This document shows, piece after piece, positions 11,223 to 46,404 of a stretch of 64,000 nucleotides of DNA. Each line of letters starts with the position of its first letter. Within the stretch, counting starts at the first letter, position 1. This DNA comes from Gekko japonicus (taxonomy: Eukaryota), in assembly GCF_001447785.1 (NCBI RefSeq), contig NW_015165882.1:31705-95704 (forward strand), read 5' to 3'. The notes beneath the pieces were generated by a model. It made no database searches, was not told the DNA's origin, and saw only the letters and a program-made list of their open reading frames with translations. Made by a program: the position numbers and the translations under genes.

Positions 11223-12864
11223 GACTGGACTACCTGAAGGGCCGCCTTGCTCCCAAAATGTCCAGCGTCCCAGCTAGGATCTTCCTCACAAGCCCTCCTC
11301 TTTGCCCCCCTGGGCTGGAGAGGTGAGGTGGGTGGCAACCAGAGACAGGGCCTTATCGGTGGTGGCACTGGACCTTTGGAATGCTCTCGCCCTGGAGGCC
11401 CACCTGGCACCTACTTCACTTCAGACCACAACATCCCTTTTGACCCTGTCAAGGTTTTATGCCTTTTAGCCATTTCATGGTCTGCTCCTGGGTTAAGGAC
11501 AGTTCTATCTTTATCGTTTGGCTTCTGGGTGTTTATTTTATGCCATTTTAATGCCTTATCTTCTTCTTATGGTCATCCGGCAGCCTTCCGTTGGCTATCC
11601 CATCACAGGGCGGCCCACCTGGCATTGACCAGAGCCTGGGCCTTGTCCTTCATGGCTCCGACTCTGTGGAACAGGCTTCCTGAAGGGGTGAGGGGGCTCT
11701 TTCCTTGGAGAATGTCAGGAGTTGCTGCAAGGCCTGCCTGTTTGCCGGGGAAATTGAATCGGCTTGCATCTTTTTAAGGGGACGGGGGGGAGAGAGATTT
11801 GGGGTTTGCTGTTTTCTTTTGGGTTTTAGCTGTGGATGTTTTTACCTATTATTTTAAGCCACCTTGAACCACAAGAAAAGGCAGGATATGATTTTAAAAA
11901 AACGAAATAGTACATCTCAATGGCTGTGCTTTGAATGGTTTTGTGTTAGTTGTAAAGGCACTTCGAGCAGGTCTCTGGGAGGCAGTGTCTAAATTTTCCA
12001 AAGAAGTAAAGAAGAAGAGATTGGATTTATATCCGCACCCTTCGCTACCTGAAGGAGTCTCAGAGCGGCTTACAATCTCCTTTCCCTCCCCCTCTCCGCA
12101 ACAGATACCGTGGGAGGCCAGTGGGGCTGAGAGGGCTCTCTCGAGAACTGCCCTTGAGAGAACAGCTCTGAGAGAACTTCTGACTGACCCAAGGTCACCC
12201 CAGCAGCTGCCTGTGGAGGAGTGGGGAACCTAACCCGGTTCTCCCATACTAGAGTCCAGGCTCCTAACCACTACACCAAACTGGCTGTACACCAAACAGG
12301 AACACTGCCTACAGAAGAGGGGGCGTCCAGTCAACTTTCACTCTCCATCCCCCTTTCTTCCGTGCAGCTTCCTGGATAATGGGAATAGGGGCAGAGAAAT
12401 GGCCCCAATCCAGCTACTTCCAAACATACCAGGGGAAAGGAAGCATTTGCCATAGGGAGGTTTGTTTTCCAGGGCACTCCTGTGACACTCCCACCCCATG
12501 CTCTGCAACGTGAGTAGGAAGGTTACTCAAACTACCTTTCCACCAGTGTTCCCTCTAAGCTGAGTTAGTGTGAGCTAGCTCACAGTTTTTTAGCCTCCGG
12601 CTCACACATTTTTGTCTTAGCTCAGGAAGGAGGGCTCCGGAGCAAACTAATGTATGCAGCAGACAAATCGCTCGCTCACAACTTTAATGCCAGTAGCTCA
12701 CAAAGCAGAATTTTTGCTCACAAGACTCCACACCTTAGAGGGAACATTGCTTCCACCTCTATAAAATAATGCAGCCCCCCCCCCCCTTATAGAACACACC
12801 ACCGTCTCTCTGGGAGTGAAAAGACAGAGGACTAAGAGACGGCAAATCTGTTGAGAGGTGTCGA

Positions 12865-12870
12865 TTTATT
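12865..12870 (-). terminator. Candidate FKBP8 polyadenylation signal
   Basis: AATAAA on the minus strand about 1 kb past the stop codon, followed by GU/U-rich sequence. Confidence 0.55.
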
Positions 12871-13885
12871 AGAGGTGGAGGGAGACGTTGTCGGTTCACA
12901 TTTTCTATCGGACAGAAGGCCAACTCCCCCCCTCCCCCCCCCCATCTTAGAACAGGGGCGGGATGCAACTGTGCAATCTTGGCAGGCAGGGGTTCCGGGG
13001 GGGTGGGGGTGGAGGGGACCAACTGGATTTAGAACCTCGGCAGTGTGACTTTCTACAGGGGGGCAACGGGCCCACTCCAACAGCATGTTGTGCGGAAAAG
13101 GGGGGGGGAACGGTTCATCTTGCAGGATGGGGAGGCAACCAAAGACAAAAGCGGGAACCACCTCCAGCATTAATCTATTTGCTCCTGTACGGCAGGGGCC
13201 TTGTAAGAGAACGTACCGAAAAACAACCCTCCTCCCCGAAAAAGGTATTGACGGGCGCTGTTAGTCAGCCCTGAGTTGCCCTAGTAGCCCCGAACAGCCC
13301 CCAAAGCTCCCCAGGATGAAAGCCAAATGCAACCACCAGCCTCTAACGTCTTGCCTCTCCCTCCCCCAGCAGCCACTGGCTTCTCCTCCTTTTACGTCTC
13401 CCCGCTGGGCTCGATTCTCGCAACACTCTTCTCTTTCTCTCTCTCCACGCAGGGGATTAACAAAGGACAAGTTGAGCAGAAATAAGAAGGGAGGGGGGGT
13501 TGGGGAAGGTAGGGAAGAGGAAATGAGACACCTGCCCCCACGCCCCAAAAGATTGTGCAGCATGTCCAAGGTGCGGAGAGGCACGTGGGTCCAGTTTTCT
13601 TGCTCCCTCCCCCCAAATATCCCCACTAGGCCTTTTCCCAACCCCTTGGCTTTCCACCCAGCGGCCACACGATGCTGGGCCTTCACTGTCACCAGGAGGG
13701 GACCGCTCCGGTGGAACGGTTCCAGTGGCATTCCGGGGTGGAGGAAGTAAAGGCCCTGCGCAACCCGTCCCCAGCCAGCCTAACAGTCCGAGCTGTGTAG
13801 TGATCGTCGAGGGCCAGATACAGGTAGAAAGGGGGGGGTGGTCTCAGGGCCTTGCTCGCCAAAGTGCGCTCGCCGGGCAATAGCG

Positions 13886-34678
<20,793 letters not shown>

Positions 34679-37537
34679 GGCGCCGGTGCCAGATGGATCG
34701 GCCTAGCTGTGGAAAGAAAGGGGGGAGAAGATAAAAAGGGTGCCTGCTGATATTCATCTTGCTGTTATACAGTTGGGGGCCCCGGTCTCTTCTGTGGCAC
34801 ACAGGGCCCTGGGCCTAGTTCTGGTTGACAGACCAGCTTTCCCCAAAAGCCCAGTTTGGCTTGTTAACTGCAATCTGATCGTATCCAGGCTGGACCAGTG
34901 CAGTGCATTTTGAGTGGGCTGCCCTTGGAGATGTGTTCCGAAGCTTCGAGAGACCAAAACACAGCAGCCAAGATTGCTGGTTGGTGCGGGAACATCTCTC
35001 GCCACTTTTAAAAGAACAGCACGGTTGTCCGTTGGCTTCCAGCACAATTCATAATACTCAATAATATGGCCCGGAAAGCCCTAATTTTTTTGGAGCCAGG
35101 GGTCACTTGCCAGGACTGGAGGGTGCTGGGCAAAGACAAAGGGCTTTTTAACGGCGGCACTTTGCCTTTAGAACTCCCTCCCACAACTGTTTGCTTAGCC
35201 TAAATTTTATTCAATCTGAGGTAGATCTTTTCATTCCACCTTTTTGGCAGACTGATCGTTTTTTATTGTGTGTCAGCATCGCTGAGGTATCAATACCTGC
35301 TTTTCCCATTCCTTATATCCGTCGGGTCCCTCAGAATGTTTTACTTGATTTTATGCTGCTAGGTTATTTTGCTTCACTGGAGAGTTAACTAAGAATTTTG
35401 CAGAACATACATTTTTTCAATCACACAGCGCGTGAATCTGAGTTATTGGCAGCCGCCGCAGGGGGCGGAGAAAAGGCAAAGGAGAAACAGTAACAGAGCA
35501 GCCGGCAGATCCTAATGTATAGGACAGGGGTCTCCAACATGGTGCCCGTGGGCACCACCAAGACCTTTCCTGGGGCCCACCAAGTGTTTTCAGAAAGTGG
35601 GTGGGCCAGGTGGGCCTCTTGCCCAAGAGGGCTTCTGATCGGTTGTGCAGATTAAAATGTTTCAGCAGCCCTGTTTCTCTCTCTCTTTCACAGTGCATTT
35701 TAAAAATATTATCATCATCAGTAATTTATTATAGCAAAAGCCAGTAAAGCAATACAATTTTGATATAAAGGAGGTTAAAACAATAACAACATAGTAATGA
35801 TATAAAAACATTGGCAAGATTGAATGAATGAAACTGGTAAAATAGCAGTAGAATTTTTTTTAAAAAAGTCATACAGTTTTTTCAGCTAAAGTAAGTTTAC
35901 GTTTCCTAATAGCTAAGAAACAAAATTTCGCCACCGCATAACTCACTGAACTCTGAGTATCTTCTAAAAGGAATTTGTGCAAGATTCGTTGCCTGAAATC
36001 AAGATAGGACTGCAGAGGGTTAAATCTGGACAGAAGAGGTCATATAAGGTGATTTTGTTCCTCTTGATAGAATTTACAACACAGGAGGAAGAGGAGGAGA
36101 TTGGATTTATACCCTGCCCTTCATTACCCAAAGGAGTCTCAGAGCGGCTTACAAACTCCTTTCCCTTCCCCTCCCCACAACAGACACCCTGTGAGATAGG
36201 TGGGGCTGAGAGAGCTCTTGACAGAAACTGCTCTTTTTCCATAACAGCTGTGTCAGAACAATGGCTTGCCCAAGAAGAAGAGAAGAGATTGGATTTATAC
36301 CCCGCCGTTCACTACCCAAAGGTGTCTCAGAGTGGCTTACAAACTCCTTTCCCTTCCCTAACCCACAACAGACAGCCTGTGAGGTAGGTGGGGCTGAGAG
36401 AGCTCTTTCCAGAGCTGTCCTTGAGAGAATAGCTCTTGTCAGAGCTACGGCTTGCCCAAGGTCATCCAGCCAGGTGCAAGTGGAGGAGTGGGGAATCAAA
36501 CCTGGTTCTCCCAGATTAGAGTCCGCGCACTAAACCACTACACCAAACAGGAGAACATGAGTAACTGATTCCACCATACTAGCCATACAGGGGCATATAC
36601 ATTCATGCATTGGACCTTGAGTGAATTGCAGTGCAGCGGAAGGAAGTGTCTCAAAACGGGCTCTGGAAAAAGCCTAACTATAGGGCTCACAGGTTGTGTT
36701 AAATAAGTAAGGGGCAACAGTAAGGTTGGGCCAAGATTTTAGATTTCTAAAGTCCCTGGGTAGTGAAGCTTCTTCGTTAACTTTAAACATTATCTATCCC
36801 TCTTCTCTCCTCCACCTGGGCTTCCTCGGTGTGTGGCCCTGCCTCCCACAATGGCAATTTTGTGGCCTTCCCTGCCCCCTCTGGCGACCATTTTGCTGCG
36901 GCGCCCGTCACCTTGCGGCAGAATTTCAAAAGTGCCGCCTGAATCTAAACGCTCAGGGACCTCTGGCACATGCAGTCCCTATTTTAGCGGCTCTGTTTAT
37001 AATCAGTAGAAAACCTCTCATGGATGGAGTCGGTCTGCATTTTCGAGAAAGGTAGAAATGCAACTCCTTAGAAATCTGCGGGCTACCTTGAAAGTTTGGC
37101 AGAGGTTTCTCTCCCCCGTCAGGTCGAGGGGCTTGCGGGATATTCTGTTTGGTGGGGTCCTCCTTATGGCCGTCACGGCTAGCCGAGTCAGGAGCCGGCT
37201 GCAGCCCGGCCTTAGATCGGCTGGCCGAAGAGGAAGGAAGGCAGGAGGTGGGATGTCTGCCATGTTCCCCAGAGAGCACTACGGTCAGGGTCGCAAAATC
37301 GTCTGGCCCTCCCTGGTCCTAAGGACGCCAGGCTGCTATTCACCAGGACCAGGGCCTTTTCTGTGGCAGCTCCAAGCTACTGGAATGAGCTCCCGGATGA
37401 GATCAGGGCCCTGCGGGACCTTTCACAGCTCCACAGGGCCGCGAAAACAGAGCTCTTCCGCCAGGCATTTAGGTACATAAGAACATAAGAGACGCCAATG
37501 TTGGATCAGGCCAAAGGCCCATCCAGCCCGACACTCT

Positions 37538-38157
37538 GGGTGCGTTCACACGCGGCCTTTCTGCCGGCATAAACGCGATCAGACTTACCCTCCATCTTGC
37601 ATAGCCCTCCGGTGGACGCCCGCTCACATGCTGCGGGCGTCAGCGTTTTTTTTAAGGACAGTTTGAGCATGTGCATAGGCAGCCATTCAGAGAATGGCGA
37701 TTTTTGCGCATGCTCAACCCCCCCCCTTTACGTTTAAACTTTAAAGGTAAGCACTTACCTTTAAAGTTTAAAGCCCAACCTGGCCTCCCTGTAGTCCCGG
37801 ACTCCTCCGGGAAGTTAAAGTAAGGCATTTTTTTTTTTAACAAACGCTCAGGGCGAAGCTTCGCCTGAGCGCATATCACTTAGTTTAAAAAAAAAATGGC
37901 CGGGGAAAGCTGGAAGCCTCAGGCTTCCGACGGAAGTAGCTGGGGAACGGAGGAGAGCGATCAGACGCCGGGGTGCACCAATTACAACCGTTGCACTCTG
38001 TTTACCACCACTTCGGACCGAGTGGCAAAGTGCAACGGTGTAAAGGGATTTACAACGGTTAGGGACGGGAGGCAGATGTTCGCCGTGTGAACGCCCGTAA
38101 GTACACTGGTTGGAACCGGCACCCTAACCGTTGTAAATCCCCCTTCTGAACACACCC
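37538..38157. mobile_element. Hairpin-rich non-autonomous DNA transposon, PIF/Harbinger-like
   Basis: TIRs GGGTGCGTTCACA and rc GGGTGTGTTCAGA; 3-bp TSD TCT; it interrupts a CR1-like 3' end. Confidence 0.65.
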
Positions 38158-40831
38158 TCTGTGTCACACAGTGGCCAGAAATACCAGTGCCATCAGGAGG
38201 TCCACCAGTGGGGCCAGGACACTAGAAGCCCTCCCACTGTTGACCCCCCCCCAAGCACCAAGATGACAGAGCATCACTTGCCCCAGAGTCCCTATCTATA
38301 CCTTGTGGCTAATAGCCACTGATGGACCTCTGCTCCATATGCTTATCTAATTCCCTTTTGAAGCCGTCCATGCTTGTAGCCGCCACCACTTCCTGTGGCA
38401 GTGAATTCCACAGGTAAGGAGCTGCACTTCAACATCCATGCCCTGTGCCAATTTTATTGCCAGCCTGCGCCCGCCAAGAGTGGATGTAGCCACTGAATGT
38501 TTGCCCCTACATGCACTTTACCACAGTTGTATCGCCATCGTTGTGTTAATGGTTTCAATACTCTATCGTGTGTTTTATGTTGATATTTATATTGTTGTTT
38601 TATCTATTATCTTCTCACGTAAGCCGCCCTGAGCCTGCCTCGGCGGGCAGGGCGAGGTAAAAATCAAATAAATAAATAAGGGAAGGAAGAGGCACGGGCA
38701 GACTTGATCCCACCAGGGGTCATTTCGTAGAAAAAGAGCTAGGGGAACTCATTAGCATAACTCATTAGCATATGCCACACCCCCTGACATCCGGGGCCCG
38801 GCGGTGGACCTGCAAGGCCAGCGGGAGTGCGAGGAAGCCCCGCCAAGGCCCTCCCTGGCCCCAGGCAGGCAGGGGTGGGGAGAGGCAGGGAGGAAGCAAC
38901 TTACCCTCCCTCTTCTCCTGGCTGAATGAGGGCTGGAAGCGGGGCGGCCGGAAGCAGGGGGCGGGGCTTCGTCATGTGCCCCGCCCCCCTACCTCACCAG
39001 GGGGAACTGCGTTCCCCCGCGTTCCCCCCCCCCCGAAATGACCTCTGGATCCCACCACTGTCACCACTCAAGAGAGAAAGGGCAGGCTGCTATTGCTGCC
39101 AAGCAACGGTCAACCCCCCGGAATCCACGGTGCCTCAGCAGCTACCCAACAACACCTTCACCTGGTGCCGGTCCTAACATTCTGTCTGTTCAAAGCAGAC
39201 AACAAACCCCAGTTGTTTACCCTGACTGAAAGTTCTGGAATCTTCTATGGTGCATGTCGACTCCCGGCACAGGCAGGCAGGGATGCCTCCGGGCCACATT
39301 CCCCCTTCAAGGCTAAATGTCCAAAACTGTGCTCTGCCTCCAGTGGTTTTCCCCTAAAACACCTAATTAAAAAGGAGATGGTTGCGAAACGGCAACGGGC
39401 CACAGCAAGGCTGTTTTAAAACCGAAACCAAAGCGCGGCGCTCTGGAGAACAATGCACAATATTATTATATTTCACTGCCTGGTTGTAGGAAAACTGGAA
39501 ACCGAAACTCCAGGGAAATTACAGGGGAAAGGAACAAGGAGTTTACGGCGATCCCTCGGGCTCTGGGAGGTAGTCTGTGGCATTAATCTTCCCACACTGC
39601 CGAGGAGAAGAACAAGGCCAAGCGTGACTTTACTAAAACTATCGAGGGAATTGGTGGCAGAGCAGAGGTTCAAACGGGAGGATCTAACCACTCTTTTTGA
39701 TGCCTTCCTTGTTACAAAGAGAGGTGTTGGGAAGCCCAACCAACCATCCCGCCACTGGCAAAGGAGACAGGTGCGAGATTTGCACAGGCTGTTAACTAAG
39801 AGATGGGGGTGGCAGAATGATATCAGCAACTCCCCAAAGAAGCAGGGAGCAAAACACCCAGGCCCCAAGGAAAAGGGTGACACACGAAGAACAGGTTTGG
39901 GTAGGTGGTGGCCCAGCTGCAACTGACTGGCAGGGCAGGCTGCAGAACTCCAGCTGATCTCGTCACCGAAGCCCATAATTGTATTTATTACAATTTAATC
40001 ATCCCGCCCTTTCCTGGAGCAGCTCACAGACATCGTGACTGGCCTCCGTTGGCCCAACAAGTTTCACAAGCGAGAAGGGATTCGAACACAGGTCTCCTCG
40101 ACACTTCAGCTAACACTGGCTGCGGACTCCTCCTCCTTGGCCCTGCCTTCCATCCTTCCTGAATCATCTAAGCACACTCCCAAGCTAGACAATTCCAGAT
40201 CAGCAGCAGGAAGTCAATCCTCGTGGCAAGGTGCAGTTAGCCTGGGAAACTCCTTGCCGCAAAGTGTGGCAATGTTCACTAGCTTATGTGGCTTCTCAAG
40301 AACGAACAAACCTTTAGCCTAACTCCTGGACAGTGCCTGTTAATGACCGCTACCCAGAATATGTTCTAAGCGAGCCTCCATATTCTGAGGCAGTATATCT
40401 TCCACGACCATATACTAAGAACAAACAACAGGGTTGGCTCTTTCTCTCAGGGCCTGCTTGCTAGCTTTCAAGAAAGCATCTGTTATTAAAACAAAGAACG
40501 TAGGTCCAGACAGACCTTAGACCCCAAATAAACTCTTCTTTCTCTATTGCCCTCCAGTTTGGAAACCCCAACTTATTCAAAAGGGCGAAGGGTGGAAAGA
40601 CCTCACGTAGCACTGCCGAATTTCCCCACAGGTAGAACAGGAATGAACAATCCTAAAGAGGCACTCCCAAGATCACCAGTAGGATGTTAATTCTCTTCAG
40701 GCGGCAAGAAAACTTGACAAAAATTCTGGCCAACAGTCGACTTTGCAAAAGGTGCATGGTGAGGCAGCACACAGCAATGGGATCTTTTGCACGCCGGTTT
40801 GAAAGTCTGAATAAGAGTCGTCGACTGTATT

Positions 40832-41174
40832 CGGACAAGAGGGAGACTGTGCCACACTTTGTATCTGAACCCGGCCACTGGCAACAACCGGACAAGAGGG
40901 AGACTGTGCCACGCTTTGTATCTGAACCCGGCCACTGGCAACAACCGGACAAGAGGGAGACTGTGCCACGCTTTGTATCTGAACCCGGCCACTGGCAACA
41001 ACCGGACAAGAGGGAGACTGTGCCACGCTTTGTATCTGAACCCGGCCACTGGCAACAACCGGACAAGAGGGAGACTGTGCCACGCTTTGTATCTGAACCC
41101 GGCCACTGGCAACAACCGGACAAGAGGGAGACTGTGCCACGCTTTGTATCTGAACCCGGCCACTGGCAACAACC
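40832..41174. repeat. 57-bp minisatellite, 6 copies
   Basis: Unit cggacaagagggagactgtgccacgctttgtatctgaacccggccactggcaacaac. Confidence 0.95.
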
Positions 41175-41880
41175 TCACCAGATGGCAACAACTTCACCGT
41201 CTGGGGCAATTTCAAAAAGCCACAAAACAAAGTCTACGGACGCTCACGACCAGTGTCCCCTCTAAGCTGAGTTAGGGTGAGCTAGCTCACCGTTTTTTAG
41301 CCTCCGGCTCACACATTTTTGTCTTAGCTCAGGAAGGAGGGCTCCAGAGCAAACTCATTGATGCAGCAGCCAAATTGCTCGCTCGTAACGTTAATGCTGT
41401 GGCTCACGAAGCAGAATTTTTGCTCACAGGACTCCACAACGTAGAGGGAGCATTGCTCACAACTTCTATATATAAATGCAGAGTTACCGTAGCACACGTG
41501 CACAAAATAAAGACGGCAGGCGGGGATTAACAGCCTGATCCAAAGTCCATCTATTCTGGAAAAAGACGCAGCAGGGCTTACTTCCTAGTTTCAGGACGGC
41601 GGCAGGGTGTGCAGAGATTAGGAAGCAAGCCCTATGAGGCTCAGTTTGAATCAAGGCTTACACCTGAAAAGACCTGTGGAAAACCAGTAGCGACGATTTC
41701 CCTAGTGATAGCAAAGCTGTTGGCGTTGGGCTCTGCGTGGGCCAAAGTCACGCCAGACCCGAGAGGATACTAGTCCACCAGAATTTATGCCACGATTGAG
41801 CTGTTAAGCACCACCAGACTTCAGCGATGATATACGAAAAGGAGAGAAAGACAGACAACAGGAGTAAAGGAGACTGGCGA

Positions 41881-42077
41881 CGGATTAAAGGAAAACTGGA
41901 GTCTGGGGGAATATGCCGCACGGATTAAAGGAAAACTGGAGTCTGGGGGAATATGCCGCACGGATTAAAGGAAAACTGGAGTCTGGGGGAATATGCCGCA
42001 CGGATTAAAGGAAAACTGGAGTCTGGGGGAATATGCCGCACGGATTAAAGGAAAACTGGAGTCTGGGGGAATATGCC
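41881..42077. repeat. 40-bp minisatellite, about 4.9 copies
   Basis: Unit cggattaaaggaaaactggagtctgggggaatatgccgca. Confidence 0.95.
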
Positions 42078-45000
42078 AAAAAAATCCCTTTGACAGCTTG
42101 CCCGATTCTCTGATGTTGTGGCTAAGAGGCTTTTCTGTCCTGGATTCGGGATAAACCAGCCCCTATTTCACACGGAGAGGGGAAAATAAACTCAGTAGGG
42201 GTCCCCCCCCCAACTGTTACCCCCCCCCAGGTGCTACCTCTTCAGAATTTTGGATAAGACACCCAAAAAATCAAGCAGTTCACAGCAATGACAAGCACCC
42301 CCCCAGAATTCAGTCCCCCACCCCGAGAGCAAGCTTGTTTGCAACACTCACCTGGTCCCAGAAATGATTCTTTGCCCAGCCCCACCCCCTCGGTTCCCCA
42401 CACTGGCTCAGCTGACCGCAAGGAGCCAATGCTACTGGCTGCCTGGCCTGTTTCTCAAAGCCTCACCCGCCCAACCTCTCCCTCAACTTCTTTGGCAACA
42501 GAGGATTCTTAAAGGGACAGTGAAAGGGTTGCTCTATGTGCTTGTAAGGGGTGAGTTCAAGGAAAGGTTGCATTTCCTTTTTTTAAAAAGGCTATTGGCC
42601 TTACAAAATCCAATACCTAAAACTAGAAGATTCTGGGGGTAGGGAACACAAGTAGCATTGGCGCAACTTCTGATCGATAAGAAAAGCTGCTTGGTTTCTT
42701 TGGGGTTTCTTTCTGGATTTAAAAACCAAAAACCAATGACATTTTATATTTTAACTAACTAAGCAGCTTTGAAATACGGGTGGAATTGTAGTAGTTTGCC
42801 TGCCTTGCAGGGTTGTTGTGATAGCTGAATTAATGCATACAACTTGATTTTAAGCACGGATCTGCTGCATCCTCTTCTTTGCCAAGAAACTTTTTAGAAA
42901 CTTCCCCTCCTGATGGATACGTAACAAAACATTATACAAACATAAATGATTTAACATAGATATCCACTGAAACTGATTATAACCAGATCAGACTGTTGTA
43001 TTTAACTATTTGCTTTCCTTCCTTCCATCCATCCATCAAGTCTTAGTCCACTTATGGCACCCCTTAGAGTTTCCAGGACAAAACCACCGAGAAGGAGGGC
43101 AGGAAGGGTTGCACCCAGTGTTCCCTTTAAGCTGAGTTAGTGTGAGCCAGCTCACAGTTCTTTAGCCTGTGGGTCACATGTTTTTGTCTTAGCTCAGGAA
43201 AGATGGCTCCAGAGCAAACTAACTGATGCAGTAGCCAAGTCGCTCGCTCGCAGCTTTAATGCCAGCAGCTCACAGAGTAGAATTTTTGCTCACAAGACTC
43301 CACAGCTTAGAGGGAGCATTGGTTGCGTCAGTGCTTAGTTCTCATGGCCCTTTCTTACATGCCCAGGGAAGTGCCAATCGCCACTCTGAGGTCAGGAAGC
43401 CATTTTTCTCCAGACCGGTTTGGCCGGGGATCCCAGAGGGGTATGTTGGGGGGCTTTTTTGCCGTCTTCTGGGCATGGAGCAGGGGTCACTGGGGGGGTG
43501 GGGGGAGGTATTTGAGAATTTCCTGCCTTGTGCAGGGGGTTGGACTAGATGACCCTGGAGGTCCCTTCCAATCAGTGTTCCCTCTAAGCTGAGTTCATGT
43601 GAGCCAGCTCTCAGTTTTTTATTTATTATTTGTATTTCTATCCCGCCCTCCCCGTAGGCTCAGGGCGGCTTACAAGTCATATTGCCAAATCATAACATAA
43701 CATAAAACAATACATACATTAAGATTTTTAAAACCAGTTATAATCATAGAAAAATATATTCAGTACTCCTCGCATAAAAACCAAGATGGCTATCTCTTGA
43801 AATCTCATTCAAGTGCTCAACCTCCAGATTACCCTGTACCCAGATTCTAGTGCGTTGATCGTGCCATGGCGTTGGTGGTACCATGGCGGTGGCGGCTCCT
43901 CTTCGAACGCCTGGCGGAAGAGCTCCGTCTTGCAGGCTCTGCGGAACTGTGCTAGGTCCCGCAGAGCCCTGATCTCCTCTGGGAGCTCGTTCCACCAGAT
44001 AGGAGCCGCCACTGAAAACGCCCTATTCCTGGTCACAACGCATTTAATAGCTCGGGGACCTGGTACATCCAGCAAGTTCTGCTTCCCCGACCGTAGTGCT
44101 CTTGGGGGAATATGTGGGGAAAGGCGGTCCCTTAGGTAGTCTCTGGCTCACACATTTTTGTCTTCGCTCAGGGAGGATGGCTTCAGGGCAAACTCATTTA
44201 TGCAGCAGCCAAATCGCTCGTTCACAACTTTAATGCCAGTAGCTCACAAAGTAGAATTCTTGCTCACAGGGCTCCACAGCTTAGAGGGAACATCGCTTCC
44301 AACTGTATGATTCTATGAAATCTCGGTTTGCTATGCAGAGGCAGGCCGTGCCAAACCACCTCTGAGCATCTCTTGCCTTAGGAAATGAGAATAAGAACTC
44401 GTTGCACTGATTTAATCAACCATCTGAGTATTTTCCAAAGCTGTCAAACATTAGTTTATCCTGTGTAAAAGGGGGGGAGGGGTTATGAAATTATTAACGA
44501 TAGTGGCAACAAGGTGGGGTGAGCCCCCAAATCCCAAGTCTTGTGAGGATCCTGATGGGATGGTATCGTGCCCCCTCCCCACGCTCAAGCCAACATTTTA
44601 GAAATCTTTTCAAACCAAATCTTCATATCACTCAAGAAATAATTTCCCTTACTATAATAAGGAGGTGGGGAATGATCAAGAAAGATCCAGAGCAAACCTC
44701 TGTTTGTGTTAAATAGTGGGTTTAACACGGCAGAGGCAAAGGCAGAGTGATTTCAGCAAGCAGCAGTTTATTGCCTCTCAACAGGAATATTCTACAGACT
44801 GGGTTGGACAGGAAAAGAAGAGAAAATCCTATTCCTCTCCCCCCCCCCTCCGCCCGGTTGTGCTAATTGAGAGCCAATTTGGTGTGGTGGTTAGGAGCAC
44901 GGACTCTAATCTGGGAGAATGGGGTTTTAATCCCCACTCCTCCACGTGCAGCTGCTGGTGTGACCTTGGGTCAGTTACAAGTTCTTTCAGAGCTGTTCTC

Positions 45001-46173
45001 TCAAGAGCGGTCCTCGAAAGAGCTCTCTCAGCCCCACCTACCTCACAGGGCATCTGTTATGGGGAGGGGGAGGGAAAGGAGATTGTAAACTGCTCTGAGA
45101 CGCCTTCGAGGAGTGAAGGGCGGGGTATAAATCCAATCTCTTTCTCTTCTAATTACCCATCCTAAAACATTAATTGTACTGGACAATGTGAGGTTTCTGA
45201 GGGAAATAAAGGTGATTTTTCAGGTTTTCATAAGCCATCTGGCAGGGCTCCTGTACTTTAAGTGGCTGCATTGTGGGCTGATGCTCAGTAAGTATAGCCT
45301 ACCCACCAGGGATCTCCAGTTGAAACTCTGGCACCCCTGCCAGAGAAACTGAACCAGCAGCCTTACCTCTTATCTGGAATAGGTGGCTGTACTAATTTAA
45401 AAAATGCAGAAACTAACCTGCACTAATCTGAGCTGCAAATGAAGAGAGAAGAAAAGCTGGTTTTTATACCCTGCTTTTCTTTACCCTAAGGAAACTCAAA
45501 TTGGCTTACAATCGTCTTTCCCTCCCTCTCCCCACAACAGTCACCTTGTGAGGTAGGTGAGGCTGAGAGAGTTCTGAGAGAACTGTGACTGCCCCAAGGT
45601 CACCCAGCAGGCTCCATGTGGATGAGGAGTAGGGAATCAAACTCGGTCCTGAAGATTAGATTCCACCACTCTTAACCCCTACACCACACTAGCTCTGAGA
45701 GAGAGAAGGGACGCCTCCCTGACTTCTTTCACTGTGCACAGTGATGCTCTGTATTCTTGGTGTGCNNNNNNNNNNNNNNNNNNNNNNNNNNNNNNNNNNN
45801 NNNNNNNNNNNNNNNNNNNNNNNNNNNNNNNNNNNNNNNNNNNNNNNNNNNNNNNNNNNNNNNNNNNNNNNNNNNNNNNNNNNNNNNNNNNNNNNNNNNN
45901 NNNNNNNNNNNNNNNNNNNNNNNNNNNNNNNNNNNNNNNNNNNNNNNNNNCACTTGCACCTGCTGGATGACCTTGGGCAAGCCATAGTTCTGGCACAGCT
46001 GCTCTTGAAAAAGAGCAGTTTCTGTCAGCGCTCTCTCAGCCCCACCTACCTCACAGGGTGACTGTTGTGGGAAGGGAAAGGAGTTTGTAAGCCACTCTGA
46101 GACACCTTTGGGTAGTGAAGGGCAGGGTATAAATCCAATCTCTTCTCTTCTTCCTCTCTTACATTCTCTTAGA

Positions 46174-46404
46174 AGAATGCTTGTGGCTACTCCGCCATCT
46201 GAAGGAAACATATTTTCCACATGCCTAGAAACACTCGTTCATTCAAGGGGCCTATGGTGGTGTAGGAAGATAGTGCATTCCATGCGTCTTAGAATGCTTG
46301 TGGCTCCTCCGCCATCTGAAGGAAACATATTCTCCACATGCCTAGAAACACTCGTTCATTCAAGGGGCCTATGGTGGTGTAGGAAGATAGTGCATTCCAT
46401 GCGT
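46174..46404. repeat. 117-bp tandem duplication
   Basis: Units start at 46174 and 46291. Confidence 0.9.

Noticed and set aside
40684-41265. 193-aa repeat-protein ORF or CRISPR-like array
   Set aside because: Head-to-tail identical units with no spacers in a eukaryotic context; the ORFs arise from a stop-free 57-bp unit.
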